DNA of 64,000 bases from Candidatus Parcubacteria bacterium. Lineage in GTDB: Bacteria; Patescibacteriota; Minisyncoccia; Phycocordibacterales; CAIZLB01. Shown here piece by piece: positions 18,715-29,320 of this stretch; positions within the stretch are counted from its first letter, which is position 1, and the number at the start of each line of letters is the position of its first letter. The position numbers were made by a program, and so were the translations under genes. Location: positions 443,958 through 507,957 of the forward strand of contig JBDKLC010000005.1 of the NCBI GenBank assembly GCA_039795775.1. The letters run 5' to 3'. The notes beneath the pieces were generated by a model. That model saw only the letters and a program-made list of their open reading frames with translations. It did no database searches and had not been told where the DNA came from.

Positions 18715-20223
18715 TTGCATTTGATCCATGGGCTACAAAATAGTTACCAAGACTTAACTAAAATGAATACCGCATCAAAAAAAGTATTTAAACTTGTGAG
18801 CTGTGGTATTCATTTTTTGTTTGAACGTTTTGTTCAGCCCATTTCAACAAATGAAGACTCCAGACGAAAAGAATTTATACTTAATGTTATTCTAATCGGG
18901 TCAATTGGTCTTCTGACCTGGTCAAATATATTTATAATATTAGAAATATTTAGTAGAGGCATACATCGGACAGGAGTATCCCTCTTAGTATTTAATATAT
19001 TTACAATATTATTTTGTAGTCTTTATTGGCTATCAAGAAAAGGATACTCAAATATTTCATCATATAGCATCGTATTCTTGTATTTCATAGGAAACACATA
19101 CGCCTCTGCCCGATGGGGACCGAATCTTCCGGCAGCACTTCTCGGGTTTGCCTTAGTAATAGTTATTTCCAGCATACTCATAAGTACAAGGTTTTCATTT
19201 GTAATGGGAGGATTAATATTTGCGACAATTACTACTCTCGGTTACCTTGAACAAGCAAACAAAATTCTGCCTGACACACACTGGAAAAAAGAAGTCTTTG
19301 TCCTTGGCGACGCTGTCGAGTATTCCCTACTTCTTTTTGTTATCCTCATTATTTCGTGGCTCTCTAATAGAGAAATCGAGAAGTCGCTTCACAGGGCCAG
19401 ATCGTCAGAAGCTGATCTTATAAAAGAGAGAGACCTTCTTGAAATAAAAGTAGATGAACGAACCCAAGCACTTCGCAAAGCTCAATTAGAAAAGATGTCA
19501 GAACTCTATCGATTTGTGGAATTTGGACGACTTTCATCAGGTGTATTTCACGACCTTATTAACCCCCTCAATGCCCTATCTCTCAATGTAGGTCTCCTTA
19601 AATCGGTACAGGAAGCTCATACGCCCGAAATGCAGGCATATATTCAGAAAGCACTGACAGCTAGTGCAAAAATGGAAACGTATATTGCTACAGTAAGAAA
19701 ACAAATACAAATGAATAACTCACCAAGTACATTTTGTCTTAATGAAGAAATTCAAGCGGCAATTACAGTGCTCGAATACAAGGCAAAAAAGAACAATGTA
19801 CAGATGTTGTTTATTGAAGTAGATAACATAAATATGTACGGCAGTTCAATTAAATTTCATCAAATTGCTACAAACCTTATCTCAAACGCCATTGATGCAT
19901 ACGATGGTTTTGAGTCAACAAATTCACGAATTGTACTTATCGAACTTGCTACATCTACAAAACAGATAGTGTTCACTGTAAAAGATTTTGGTATCGGCAT
20001 ATCTATAGAGATTCAAAAAGAAATATTTGAGCCATTCTTCACAACAAAGCATTCGTCGAAAGGGTCGGGTCTTGGACTATCTACAACAAAACATATTATA
20101 GAACGCGACTTTAAAGGCACGATTTCTGTATCATCTCAAGAACCACTCGGTACAATTTTTGAGGTACTTATTCCCCTTTCACTAGATACCTCTCAAGATG
20201 AACAGAACACTTCAAAAGTGTAG
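18715..20223 (+). CDS. Sensor histidine kinase: ~6 TM intramembrane sensor, HisKA and HATPase_c domains
   Basis: H-box 'FHDLINPLNALSLNVGLL', N-box 'ISNAIDAY', and G-boxes 'DFGIGI' and 'GSGLGLS'. No response regulator gene is adjacent. Confidence 0.8.
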   Translation: MHLIHGLQNSYQDLTKMNTASKKVFKLVSCGIHFLFERFVQPISTNEDSRRKEFILNVILIGSIGLLTWSNIFIILEIFSRGIHRTGVSLLVFNIFTILFCSLYWLSRKGYSNISSYSIVFLYFIGNTYASARWGPNLPAALLGFALVIVISSILISTRFSFVMGGLIFATITTLGYLEQANKILPDTHWKKEVFVLGDAVEYSLLLFVILIISWLSNREIEKSLHRARSSEADLIKERDLLEIKVDERTQALRKAQLEKMSELYRFVEFGRLSSGVFHDLINPLNALSLNVGLLKSVQEAHTPEMQAYIQKALTASAKMETYIATVRKQIQMNNSPSTFCLNEEIQAAITVLEYKAKKNNVQMLFIEVDNINMYGSSIKFHQIATNLISNAIDAYDGFESTNSRIVLIELATSTKQIVFTVKDFGIGISIEIQKEIFEPFFTTKHSSKGSGLGLSTTKHIIERDFKGTISVSSQEPLGTIFEVLIPLSLDTSQDEQNTSKV

Positions 20224-22240
20224 GCAAGCAATTACGTCGAGCATAGAGAAGCTCAAGAAACATCAGCAACCAGATGGAAGCTTTTTGAATTACTCAAGCC
20301 CCGACCAATATGACTTCTCACATTCATCAGTAAAATCATATAGTACTGTTTTTTCAAATGCACTTATCCTTTCTTGCCTCTCATCACTTAGTGAGAGGCA
20401 AACTAAAAATAAGTCTCAACCGATATGCAATAAGTTAGCCTCTTATATTCTTACGGAAAAAAGTCCACGCTGGACTTGGAATTACTGGTCTCGGAAGTCA
20501 TCAGAATATAAAGACAAACCCTATCCTGAAGACCTTGATGACACGATGTGCTCACTGAGTGCTCTCTTACTACATGACAGCTCAATTATAGACGGCACTG
20601 TACTTTCTTACTGTGTTCAGGCTCTCACACATACAGAATCACAACCAGGTGGCCCGTATAGAACTTGGATTGTGGAATCTACGGCTTCAACTATATGGAA
20701 AGACATAGACATAGTAGTTAATGCGAATATTTCACATTTTCTTTCGCTTCAGGAAATACATCTTGAACAAGTGACTAAGTATATTGATCAGCAGATACAT
20801 GCAAAAAAATGGACTTCAAAATACTATCCAGATGAGCTCACTTCCCTTTTTTTTATATCAAGAAACTATAAAGGAAACTATTCTCAAACAATCATTAGAC
20901 ATCTTCAAAGCACGTATTCTTCAAATATAAATAAGCTTTCCGCACTACAACTATCTTTCAAAATACTTATTCAACTCTCATTAGGTCTGTATTCACATAA
21001 AATTAAAAAAGATATACAGCAGCTTTTATCGCTTCACACCTCAGGTCGTTGGACTGCCAGTGCTTACTGCATTGATCCGAGTATTCAATCAAAAACATAC
21101 TACGCCGGATCTGACTCAGTGACGCTAGCATTCTGTTGTTTTGCCTTAGACACCTATATAAAGCAATATGAAAAAGAAGAACACTTGATAATGCAAAACA
21201 AAATATCAGTACAAGAAAATCTAGTTGAAGACAAGATTAAAAAAATTGCTGCTAGGTATTTAAAACACATACCACAACATAAAGATACTATGAGTGCAGT
21301 ATCTGCATCAGTTCCTCATAGTGAAATATGTCTTCTTGCCTATAGATTTTATTCATCTCTCACTCAAAACACAGTAAAGAGAGGCCTTCTTACCAATCAA
21401 TTTATATATGAACTCGGTGTTGCCAACCTCTTGGGCTGGACTGCGTACTGTGTGTACGATGATATTTTTGACGACAGCAAGAATACACATTTACTTCCTC
21501 TCCTAGCAAGTTGTCTTCATTCTGTTTCCTATATTTATTCTGAATTTAATCCTGTATTTCTTAAATATATGACTGAGCTTGAATTCGCAAATGACTTTGA
21601 GCATGAACACTTTCATGTCGGCATTCGCAAAGGAGCTTTTAGTGTAAAAGACATACTAGTAAAAAGTAGGAATATTTCACAAGATATACAACATACCCTG
21701 GAAATACTATATAAAAAGTCTTTTGGACATGCGTTTGGACCGCTAGCAGTACTCTACAAACTTGGCTTTAAAACTTCATCAAAAGAATATAAAGCACTCG
21801 AGAACTACTTCAGACATTACTTGATTGCTCGCCAACTCAACGACGATGCTCACGATTGGTATGAAGATCTTACATGTGGTCACCTTACCATCGTCAACTC
21901 CTTTGTTATAGATAGTGCTTTTGCTTCGACTAAAAAACCTCATACATCCAGAGGATCAGCCACTCAATTTTTTATAAAGAATAAATCAAAGCTTGATTCA
22001 ATCTTTTGGAGCAAAGTAATAAACAGTGTTGCAAAAATCATTATCGATAACTGCGAGCAGGCAAAAAAATATCTATATAAGCTAGAGGAATATGGAGTTT
22101 TAGAAAAATCACAAAAATCAAAGCTATCTTCGTATCCTTCTTGCTCGTACCTTTATCCACTCATACAATCACAGCAGAATGCTGCACAAAAAGCTATCGA
22201 TGAAAGCACAAAGATGAAACAATTCTTAAAAAACTATTAA
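20198..22240 (+). CDS. Large alpha-helical protein with terpene-cyclase/synthase-like motifs: N-terminal DxDDT, C-terminal DDxxD and NDxxHxxxE
   Basis: 'QQPDGSF' (QW-like) and 'PEDLDDTMCSLSAL' resemble the squalene-hopene cyclase DxDDTA motif. 'YCVYDDIFDD' lies 127 residues before 'LNDDAHDWYED'. The ORF start overlaps the kinase stop by 26 nt. The function call is an inference only. Confidence 0.35.
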   Translation: MNRTLQKCRQAITSSIEKLKKHQQPDGSFLNYSSPDQYDFSHSSVKSYSTVFSNALILSCLSSLSERQTKNKSQPICNKLASYILTEKSPRWTWNYWSRKSSEYKDKPYPEDLDDTMCSLSALLLHDSSIIDGTVLSYCVQALTHTESQPGGPYRTWIVESTASTIWKDIDIVVNANISHFLSLQEIHLEQVTKYIDQQIHAKKWTSKYYPDELTSLFFISRNYKGNYSQTIIRHLQSTYSSNINKLSALQLSFKILIQLSLGLYSHKIKKDIQQLLSLHTSGRWTASAYCIDPSIQSKTYYAGSDSVTLAFCCFALDTYIKQYEKEEHLIMQNKISVQENLVEDKIKKIAARYLKHIPQHKDTMSAVSASVPHSEICLLAYRFYSSLTQNTVKRGLLTNQFIYELGVANLLGWTAYCVYDDIFDDSKNTHLLPLLASCLHSVSYIYSEFNPVFLKYMTELEFANDFEHEHFHVGIRKGAFSVKDILVKSRNISQDIQHTLEILYKKSFGHAFGPLAVLYKLGFKTSSKEYKALENYFRHYLIARQLNDDAHDWYEDLTCGHLTIVNSFVIDSAFASTKKPHTSRGSATQFFIKNKSKLDSIFWSKVINSVAKIIIDNCEQAKKYLYKLEEYGVLEKSQKSKLSSYPSCSYLYPLIQSQQNAAQKAIDESTKMKQFLKNY

Positions 22241-22246
22241 CTAGCC

Positions 22247-24670
22247 TTATGCTCGGGCTTCTGTTGCAAACTTTCGATAAAAGAAATACTTCGTAATCTC
22301 AACAGCGATATAGTACACAATAAGTATTCCGATGATGGCTGCAATAGCAGGAGTAGAAATAGTCGCGAAGCCAAATACTTTACCTAGTGAAGTGAGGGCC
22401 ACAATCCAAGCGATAATAACAGCTGTCCATGACGAGATAACTACCCATTTGTGAGCCCGACTGCCCATTAGGTTTTTACTAAAGATACTAAATCGAGATC
22501 GAATCAAGAAGATAACCAACGTCTGCGAAGCAAATGACTCGATAAACCATCCAGTCTGGAATCCACTACCTGACAACGAGAACACCTTGTACAACACAAA
22601 GAAGGCAAGAAAGTCGAAGATTGAACTCATAGCTCCAAACACAAACATAAACTTTTTTATGAACGAAATATTCCACGGATGCGGCTTATTCAAAACATCT
22701 TCGTCTACGTTATCAAAGGTCAATGCAAACTGTGAACTCTCATAGAGCAAGTTATTGAGAAGAATCTGTGTTGGAAGCATAGGCAAAAATGGGAGTACGA
22801 GCGAAGCTCCTGTCATTGAAAACATGTTTCCAAAGTTTGAGCTCACCGCCATTGTGATGTACTTCACTGTATTGGCAAGTGTTCGTCTACCTTCTACAAC
22901 TCCATCAACAAGCTGTTGCAGACTCTTTGAAAGCAAAATAATATCAGCAGCTTCTTTTGCTACATCAACAGCATTGTTCACAGAAATTCCGACATCAGCA
23001 GTACGTAGTGCTGGAGCGTCATTGATACCGTCTCCCATATATCCTACGACATTCCCTTTTCGCTGAAGAGCAGCAATCAGTTTGTTTTTTTGTAATGGAG
23101 TTACTCGAACAAACAATGTATTCTTTTCAGCAACTTCTGACAATTCTTCATCTGAAAGTGAATCAACTTCTGATGCCTCCACAGTCCCCTTACTCACGAG
23201 TCCTACCTGCGATGCAATTTGTTCTGCTATGAGCCGATGATCCCCTGTAATAACTTTAATCTCAATATTTCTCTTTTCGAGATCCAGTAACACTTCTTTT
23301 ACGTCTTGCTTTGGAGGATCAATAAAGGTGATAAAACCACCAAACTGCATCTTTTGCTCATCTTGTTTTGAAAATGTATTTTGCTCAGCTTCTAATGTCT
23401 TCATTGCAACCCCAAGTACTCTATATCCTTGTTGTGACAGTGATTCAAACAACGCTAACGCTTTTATCTTTTCTTCAGGAGTCACAACTGTAATATCCAA
23501 AATAGATTCTGGAGATCCTTTAGAAATAAGCATTCGTTTTCCTTGCCCTTCAAACGCAATTGAATCTCGTCGTCTCTCAAAATCGAAAGGAATTTCATCT
23601 ATTTTTTTGTAGAGCGAAATATCGAATTGTTTAAATTGAACAATAGCTTCATCAAGTGGACTTCGTGAACCTGTGTGAAATGAACTATCTATATAGGCCA
23701 ATTGGAGTAATTCATCAGAGTCATTGCCTTGTATATCTACACACCGCACAACTGTAATTTTGTCTTCTGTGAGTGTACCCGTCTTGTCTGTACACAAAAT
23801 ATTCATTCCTCCAAAGTTCTCTATAGCTGAAAGTTTTTTCACAATGACACCTTTGTGTGACATTCGAATTGAAGCCTTAGATACATTCAACGCAATGATC
23901 ATCGGTAGCAACTCAGGTGTAATACCTACGGCAAGAGCTAAAGCAAAAATAAGAGATTCAAAAATATCTTGTCCTTTGATTGCATATACAACAAACACAA
24001 ATACCGTCATAAAAATAACCACACGCGTGATCAAATAACTAAACTGTGCGATGCCTCGTTCAAATTCACCTGGTGTTTCTTGTTTCTGAAGAAGTGCAAC
24101 AATGTTCGCAAACTTTGTGTTGTAGCCTGTATGCTGCACTTCAATTTTTACTCGACCTGATACTACCCCACTTCCAAGATACACTTCTGCACCTATAAGT
24201 TTTTCAACAGGAGCAGATTCACCGGTAAGAGACGATTCATTTGTATAAAAATCATGGCCTTCGACAACGATACCGTCGGCTGGCACAACGCTACCTGCCT
24301 GTAAAATTGCGATATCACCAGGTACTATATCTGACACAGGAATTTCTTGTTCAACTCCGTCTCGAATCACCAACGCCTTTGCCATAATCTGATTGGCCAA
24401 CGCATCAGCAGCTTTCTGAGATTTATATGAAATAACAAAATCAATACATGAGCTGGCCAAAATAATAACAAGAATAAGAACCCCACTAATCGTTGAACCT
24501 GAGATAAAAGAAATTATCGCAGCAACAATAAGCATGATAATGAGAGGACTTTTAAACTCCTCGAGAAATGTACTGAAGGCAGATTGCTTTTCTCGCTCAA
24601 TAAATACGTTTTTTCCGTACTGGATAATTCTATCTTGTGCTTCCTTTGTGCTGAGTCCAATATATGGCAT
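22247..24670 (-). CDS. Cation-transporting P-type ATPase (P2/P3-type; MgtA/Ca-ATPase-like)
   Basis: 'ICTDKTGTLT' phosphorylation motif, 'TGDHRLIA' and 'GDGINDAPAL'. 10 TM helices, 807 aa. Confidence 0.9.
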   Translation of the reverse strand: MPYIGLSTKEAQDRIIQYGKNVFIEREKQSAFSTFLEEFKSPLIIMLIVAAIISFISGSTISGVLILVIILASSCIDFVISYKSQKAADALANQIMAKALVIRDGVEQEIPVSDIVPGDIAILQAGSVVPADGIVVEGHDFYTNESSLTGESAPVEKLIGAEVYLGSGVVSGRVKIEVQHTGYNTKFANIVALLQKQETPGEFERGIAQFSYLITRVVIFMTVFVFVVYAIKGQDIFESLIFALALAVGITPELLPMIIALNVSKASIRMSHKGVIVKKLSAIENFGGMNILCTDKTGTLTEDKITVVRCVDIQGNDSDELLQLAYIDSSFHTGSRSPLDEAIVQFKQFDISLYKKIDEIPFDFERRRDSIAFEGQGKRMLISKGSPESILDITVVTPEEKIKALALFESLSQQGYRVLGVAMKTLEAEQNTFSKQDEQKMQFGGFITFIDPPKQDVKEVLLDLEKRNIEIKVITGDHRLIAEQIASQVGLVSKGTVEASEVDSLSDEELSEVAEKNTLFVRVTPLQKNKLIAALQRKGNVVGYMGDGINDAPALRTADVGISVNNAVDVAKEAADIILLSKSLQQLVDGVVEGRRTLANTVKYITMAVSSNFGNMFSMTGASLVLPFLPMLPTQILLNNLLYESSQFALTFDNVDEDVLNKPHPWNISFIKKFMFVFGAMSSIFDFLAFFVLYKVFSLSGSGFQTGWFIESFASQTLVIFLIRSRFSIFSKNLMGSRAHKWVVISSWTAVIIAWIVALTSLGKVFGFATISTPAIAAIIGILIVYYIAVEITKYFFYRKFATEARA

Positions 24671-24691
24671 ATCCCCCTATTTTATCATGTA

Positions 24692-27600
24692 TCAAAAGAG
24701 TTCTCCGAATTTCTTAAAGATAGTCTGAATATAGCTTGAGACATTTGTCCCCACATAGAGTACAGACTCTTTGAGGCTCTTCAGAATAAATGTCGATACT
24801 GTTGGCTGTTCATATGAAGACTCTGGCTCTGCTTGTTTTGGAGTAACAGGCTTACGTGTTTGAGTCGGTACGGTTGTAGTTGAACGTGTAGACGAAGCAG
24901 TTGGTGTTTTTACTAACCCTTGAGATCCTGATCCAGCACCACCAGCACCACCAGAACCTCCAGTGCCTGCATTGCCGGCATTGCTCGGTGCTGAATTTCC
25001 ACCAACGTTTGAATTAGTAGGGTTAAATACATCAGGACTATAGTTTGAAGTTGGTTCTGTTGAATCTGAAATTGGTTCTTGAATTGTCTTTGGAGTCGGC
25101 TTAGAAGTCACTTTAGCAACTGGTTTTACAATTGGCTTCGGTTTTGGTTTAGGTTTTGACTCTACTACTACAGGCGGAGTCACAACTTGTGGAGGAGCTA
25201 CTTGCTGTACAGACTGAACTGCAATAGATGAGGCAGATGATCCACCACTTGAATATGAAACTGAGCCAGGAACCACAGCTGGTGCTGAAGCAGTCGTTGT
25301 AAATTGAGCATCAGATGATGTCGATATATTTCCAAAGAAATCTTTTGAAATGACACGGTAATGATATGTAGTCTGTGGAGACAAATTCGAAATTCTTATA
25401 CTGTGCGACATAGTATATGCACTATTTAGAGTTGAAGAAGACGTATACAAAGATGTGAGGCCATACTCTACTAAGCTATCTGCACCTTCGTTTGTATCCC
25501 AAGAAATCAAAGAACTCGTATCACTCAAACTACTTATAGTTACATTAGAAATACTTGGAGCACTCGACTCTGATGAATTTACAAGTGTGTAGTTTGTTGT
25601 TGTAGCGGCAAATGCACCGAACACTACTGTTTTATACACAAAGTTTCCACCATATGAAATAGTATATGTAAGTTCTGGAGAAATATCTGTGTTGAGATTG
25701 AGTGTTACTGTACTTGATGAAACACTAGAACTTACAATAGAAAGTGGCGTACTTCCTTGCTGAATTGTAACTCCCGTAAGACTTTGGATTGCAACAGGCG
25801 CATCAAATGTAAGCGAAACAGCTGACTGTGAGACTGAGGCGTTCGTAAGAGTTGGTTTTTCTTTATTTACAACAGCATAATCACTTACACCAAGGGAATT
25901 ATTTCCTATTAAGTCATATACGACACTACCAACAAAAGAAAGAGTAATAGTGTCACTCGCACCTGGAGTATTTGGAGCATCAAATACACTAGAACTTACA
26001 TTTGTTGTGAAATTTGAAGTTGTAAACCAAAGCACGCCATTTTTCTTTACCACAATAGTTCCCGCAACATGTATCTCTTCACTAAAATCTAATTTTATTT
26101 GACCATTACTTATCTGTGCAGCTTGAAGTGTCGGTGGAACTGTATCTGTTGATACGTTTGTAACTGCAAAGTCTGTTAGTGGTGTGAAGTATGAACTATC
26201 TTCACTTTCCAAATGAGCGAATTCTCCTCTATCACTCATAGTGAAGGTATCTTCATTATTTATACTATTTGAAAGTATAAGCTGCATAAGACCACTTCCA
26301 GCAGTACCAGATACACTGATAGATCCTGGATCAAAGTTGACCCCATTTTTTTTAAATGTCAGAGAACTCAAGTCTACAACGGTAACATCATCTGAACTTG
26401 AGTAATGAAGTTGAAGGACATTTCCATTTATTGTTGCACTTGTAATTTGTACAGTTGGAATAGAGTTTATACTTCCTGCTAGTCCATCTTGCCCTCTGGT
26501 ACCATCACTTCCTGAAGAGCCACTACTACCTCCGCTACCAGTACAAGAATACCCAACAGCACCAGGAGAACCTGATGAACCAGTAAGACCAGGCTGACCA
26601 TCCTGACCATTACCTTGATCACCAGTTCCACCATTACCACCACTTCCTCCTGGCCCTCCCGCCCCGCCATTTCCAGGCGATCCACACTGGCCTCCAGCTC
26701 CACCGTTGCTTCCTGTTCCACCACTTCCTTGGTTACCTCCAGCAATATAAGACACATCTAATTGACCAATATTACTATTATAAACATAAATAGTACCGCC
26801 ATTTCCCGCAGCTCCTCCATTGCCTCCTGTTCCACCATTTCCACCATTTCCTCCTACCATTGTAGAATTTCCAGCTTGTCCACCAGGACCTCCAGGGCCA
26901 CCATCTCCTCCATTGCCTCCATCAGCACCGAATCCATCTGTTGTTGCGTTTCCACCATTTCCTCCATTTCCTCCAGCACCGCCAATACCTCCAGCACCAC
27001 CATTCCCACCGTTTCCACCTCGTCCACCATTTCCACCATTTCCACCGTTTCCTCCATTGCCCCCGTGACCTCCAGCACCGGCATTAGCAAACACAGTAGA
27101 TGTTACTGTACTATTTATAACTCGTATAACACCTCCACTTCCTCCATTTCCACCACTTGTACCGTTTTCACCAGCCTGACCATCAGTACCACCGCTCAGT
27201 GCATCAGTTCCTACACCTCCATAAAGACCACTACCACCACCTGTTCCACTTCCGCCATATGTTGGGAAAAAACTATCATCAGAACCATTTGATCCGGGCA
27301 TACCATCAGGACCAGCTTCACCGTCTATACCATTTTGTCCATCTACACCGTCGGTACCTGGCGCACCATTTAATCCGTCTACTCCATCCATACCAAGATG
27401 TCCTAGTGCAGTAACAGTTCCATTTACTGTCGTTGCCAAAAGTTTAATAGTTCCTCCTGATCCACCTGCGCCATCTTGTGCACTTGGCGCTCCACCATTT
27501 GCAGAAACATTTCCTTCTATTGTTGAGTTATGAATAAATAAATTTCCACCGTTTCCTCCTGAAGAAGAACCATTCATGACTGGAGAACCATCAGCTGACA

Positions 27601-27931
27601 CTGAACCATGAACTGTGATGTTTTTTACTTCAAGACTGTAACTTGATGTGAGTGGATTTGTTGCGACATTAATATTGCCAAATAGTGCGTATCCAGCTCC
27701 ATCAATAACGATATTATCTGCGTTTACAATAAGACAATTGCCACTCCCTGAGATATTTGAGGTAAGTGTATATGTTTCATTTGGAGTTGAAAGAGTGGTA
27801 CAAGAAGAGATCGTTGTTGAAGCAACACCGATATAGGGTAATAAGTAGAGAAAACTGAGTATAAGAACTAACACAAAAGCCGCTACTTTGTATAAAAGTT
27901 TTGTATACTGATGCGTTAATAATTGATTCAT
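24692..27931 (-). CDS. Giant secreted or surface protein with a beta-helix-like N-terminal region, collagen-like G-x-y triplets, a (GGNGGNGG)n glycine-rich array, Ig/FN3-like domains and a Pro/Lys-rich linker
   Basis: N-terminal TM/signal sequence. 'GLNGAPGTDGVDGQNGIDGEAGPDGMPGSNGSD' is a strict G-x-y run. About 150 aa of GGNGG repeats. 'PKPKPKPIVKPVAK' linker. Confidence 0.8.
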   Translation of the reverse strand: MNQLLTHQYTKLLYKVAAFVLVLILSFLYLLPYIGVASTTISSCTTLSTPNETYTLTSNISGSGNCLIVNADNIVIDGAGYALFGNINVATNPLTSSYSLEVKNITVHGSVSADGSPVMNGSSSGGNGGNLFIHNSTIEGNVSANGGAPSAQDGAGGSGGTIKLLATTVNGTVTALGHLGMDGVDGLNGAPGTDGVDGQNGIDGEAGPDGMPGSNGSDDSFFPTYGGSGTGGGSGLYGGVGTDALSGGTDGQAGENGTSGGNGGSGGVIRVINSTVTSTVFANAGAGGHGGNGGNGGNGGNGGRGGNGGNGGAGGIGGAGGNGGNGGNATTDGFGADGGNGGDGGPGGPGGQAGNSTMVGGNGGNGGTGGNGGAAGNGGTIYVYNSNIGQLDVSYIAGGNQGSGGTGSNGGAGGQCGSPGNGGAGGPGGSGGNGGTGDQGNGQDGQPGLTGSSGSPGAVGYSCTGSGGSSGSSGSDGTRGQDGLAGSINSIPTVQITSATINGNVLQLHYSSSDDVTVVDLSSLTFKKNGVNFDPGSISVSGTAGSGLMQLILSNSINNEDTFTMSDRGEFAHLESEDSSYFTPLTDFAVTNVSTDTVPPTLQAAQISNGQIKLDFSEEIHVAGTIVVKKNGVLWFTTSNFTTNVSSSVFDAPNTPGASDTITLSFVGSVVYDLIGNNSLGVSDYAVVNKEKPTLTNASVSQSAVSLTFDAPVAIQSLTGVTIQQGSTPLSIVSSSVSSSTVTLNLNTDISPELTYTISYGGNFVYKTVVFGAFAATTTNYTLVNSSESSAPSISNVTISSLSDTSSLISWDTNEGADSLVEYGLTSLYTSSSTLNSAYTMSHSIRISNLSPQTTYHYRVISKDFFGNISTSSDAQFTTTASAPAVVPGSVSYSSGGSSASSIAVQSVQQVAPPQVVTPPVVVESKPKPKPKPIVKPVAKVTSKPTPKTIQEPISDSTEPTSNYSPDVFNPTNSNVGGNSAPSNAGNAGTGGSGGAGGAGSGSQGLVKTPTASSTRSTTTVPTQTRKPVTPKQAEPESSYEQPTVSTFILKSLKESVLYVGTNVSSYIQTIFKKFGELF
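26480..27500 (-). repeat. Low-complexity coding repeats (GGN/GNG codon arrays and collagen-like triplets) inside the giant protein gene
   Basis: Reiterated 'ggaggaaatggtgga'-type units. They give rise to spurious antisense ORFs, for example the PP-rich 26820-27068. Confidence 0.7.
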
Positions 27932-27997
27932 CCTGCTTTATATTATATTACTTTTTAAGCCGATTTCTACCTACTTCTTCACTCAAATAGCCTATAC

Positions 27998-29320
27998 ATG
28001 CTAGGATACGCATATATGAAAACAACATCGTCACAAGAAGGCGCAAACATAAACGCAGATATTCTGTGGGATGTTGTTGTAGTTGGTGGTGGGCCGGCTG
28101 GTATGATGGCTGCAGGACGTGCGGCGGCCTCTGGTGCTCAAGTACTCCTCCTCGAAAAAAACCCTATTCTTGGTAAAAAGCTCCTCATTACAGGCGGAGG
28201 AAGATGTAATATCACAAATGCAGAATTTGATACACGAAAACTCCTCTCGCGATTTAAAGGAAGTGACAAATTTTTGTTTTCAGCATTTTCAGAATGGGCA
28301 GTGCAAGAAACGCTCGATTTCTTTCACTCACGACAGCTTCTGACAAAAGAAGAAGCTGAGCAACGTGTATTTCCTATTACAGAAAAAGCATCTTCAGTTC
28401 AACAAACTCTCATCGAATATATAAAGACTGGCGGTGTAGAAGTGCGCTTCAATGCTGAAGTAAAAGGATTCGTACCTGAAGACTCATTACATTCTGATCA
28501 AAAAAAGATAAACTCAGTCGAACTCAAAGACGGCACTCGTATTTTGGGTAAAAAATTCATACTGGCTACGGGCGGAACATCTCGACCTGAGACGGGTTCA
28601 ACCGGTGATGGATTCAAGTGGCTCAAAAAAATTGGTCATTCTGTGATAGATCCTACTCCATCTCTTGTGCCAGTGGCAGTCAAAGACTCATGGGCAAAAG
28701 GGTTACAAGGAGTAACTCTCCCAGAAGTTAAGATTACTCTTCTCCAAAACAACGTGAAGCAAGAATCAAAAAAAGGTAAAATTCTTTTTACACATTTCGG
28801 TATTAGCGGACCAACAATTTTAAATCTCAGTAAAGATATTGGTGAGCTTCTCAAATATGGCGAGACGGTTATTTCACTTGACCTTCTTCCCTCTCTCGAT
28901 TACGGAAAGCTCAACACACGACTTCAAGAAGTATTCAAAACCAATAACGGTAAGAAATTAAAAAATTGTCTCGATGAGCTAATTCTTTCTTCTCTTGTAG
29001 ATACAGTGATTGAAAAGTCTGATATTTCTCTTGATACATTTTGTCACAGTGTCACTCGTGATGAACGACTCCGTCTTGTCACAACACTCAAGCACCTCAA
29101 TATGACAGCGTCTCATCTTTTAGGAACAGACAAAGCAATTATTGCGAGCGGTGGTGTTGTACTCGAAGAAATTGATTTTAAAACAATGCAGTCTCGTCTC
29201 TATCCCAACTTATACATTATCGGTGATGTGCTCAATATAGACAGACCTTCTGGAGGATTCAGTCTACAACTGTGCTGGACTACCGGCCAAGTGGCAGGAA
29301 AAAGTGCTGGCCAGTCGTAA
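27998..29320 (+). CDS. HI0933/YhiN-family FAD-dependent oxidoreductase (BaiN / aminoacetone-oxidase-like flavoprotein)
   Basis: Rossmann motif 'DVVVVGGGPAGMMAAGRAA' and the family signature 'ITGGGRCNITN'. Confidence 0.8.
   Translation: MLGYAYMKTTSSQEGANINADILWDVVVVGGGPAGMMAAGRAAASGAQVLLLEKNPILGKKLLITGGGRCNITNAEFDTRKLLSRFKGSDKFLFSAFSEWAVQETLDFFHSRQLLTKEEAEQRVFPITEKASSVQQTLIEYIKTGGVEVRFNAEVKGFVPEDSLHSDQKKINSVELKDGTRILGKKFILATGGTSRPETGSTGDGFKWLKKIGHSVIDPTPSLVPVAVKDSWAKGLQGVTLPEVKITLLQNNVKQESKKGKILFTHFGISGPTILNLSKDIGELLKYGETVISLDLLPSLDYGKLNTRLQEVFKTNNGKKLKNCLDELILSSLVDTVIEKSDISLDTFCHSVTRDERLRLVTTLKHLNMTASHLLGTDKAIIASGGVVLEEIDFKTMQSRLYPNLYIIGDVLNIDRPSGGFSLQLCWTTGQVAGKSAGQS

Noticed and set aside
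22240-22250. Possible terminator between the convergent ORF23 and the P-type ATPase
   Set aside because: The gap is only 6 nt and holds no hairpin. The two genes simply abut.
26820-27068. Pro-rich 82-aa plus-strand ORF (PPVPPFPPFPP...)
   Set aside because: It is the antisense reading of the GGN/GNG glycine-codon array of the giant minus-strand gene, so it is an artefact of low-complexity DNA.
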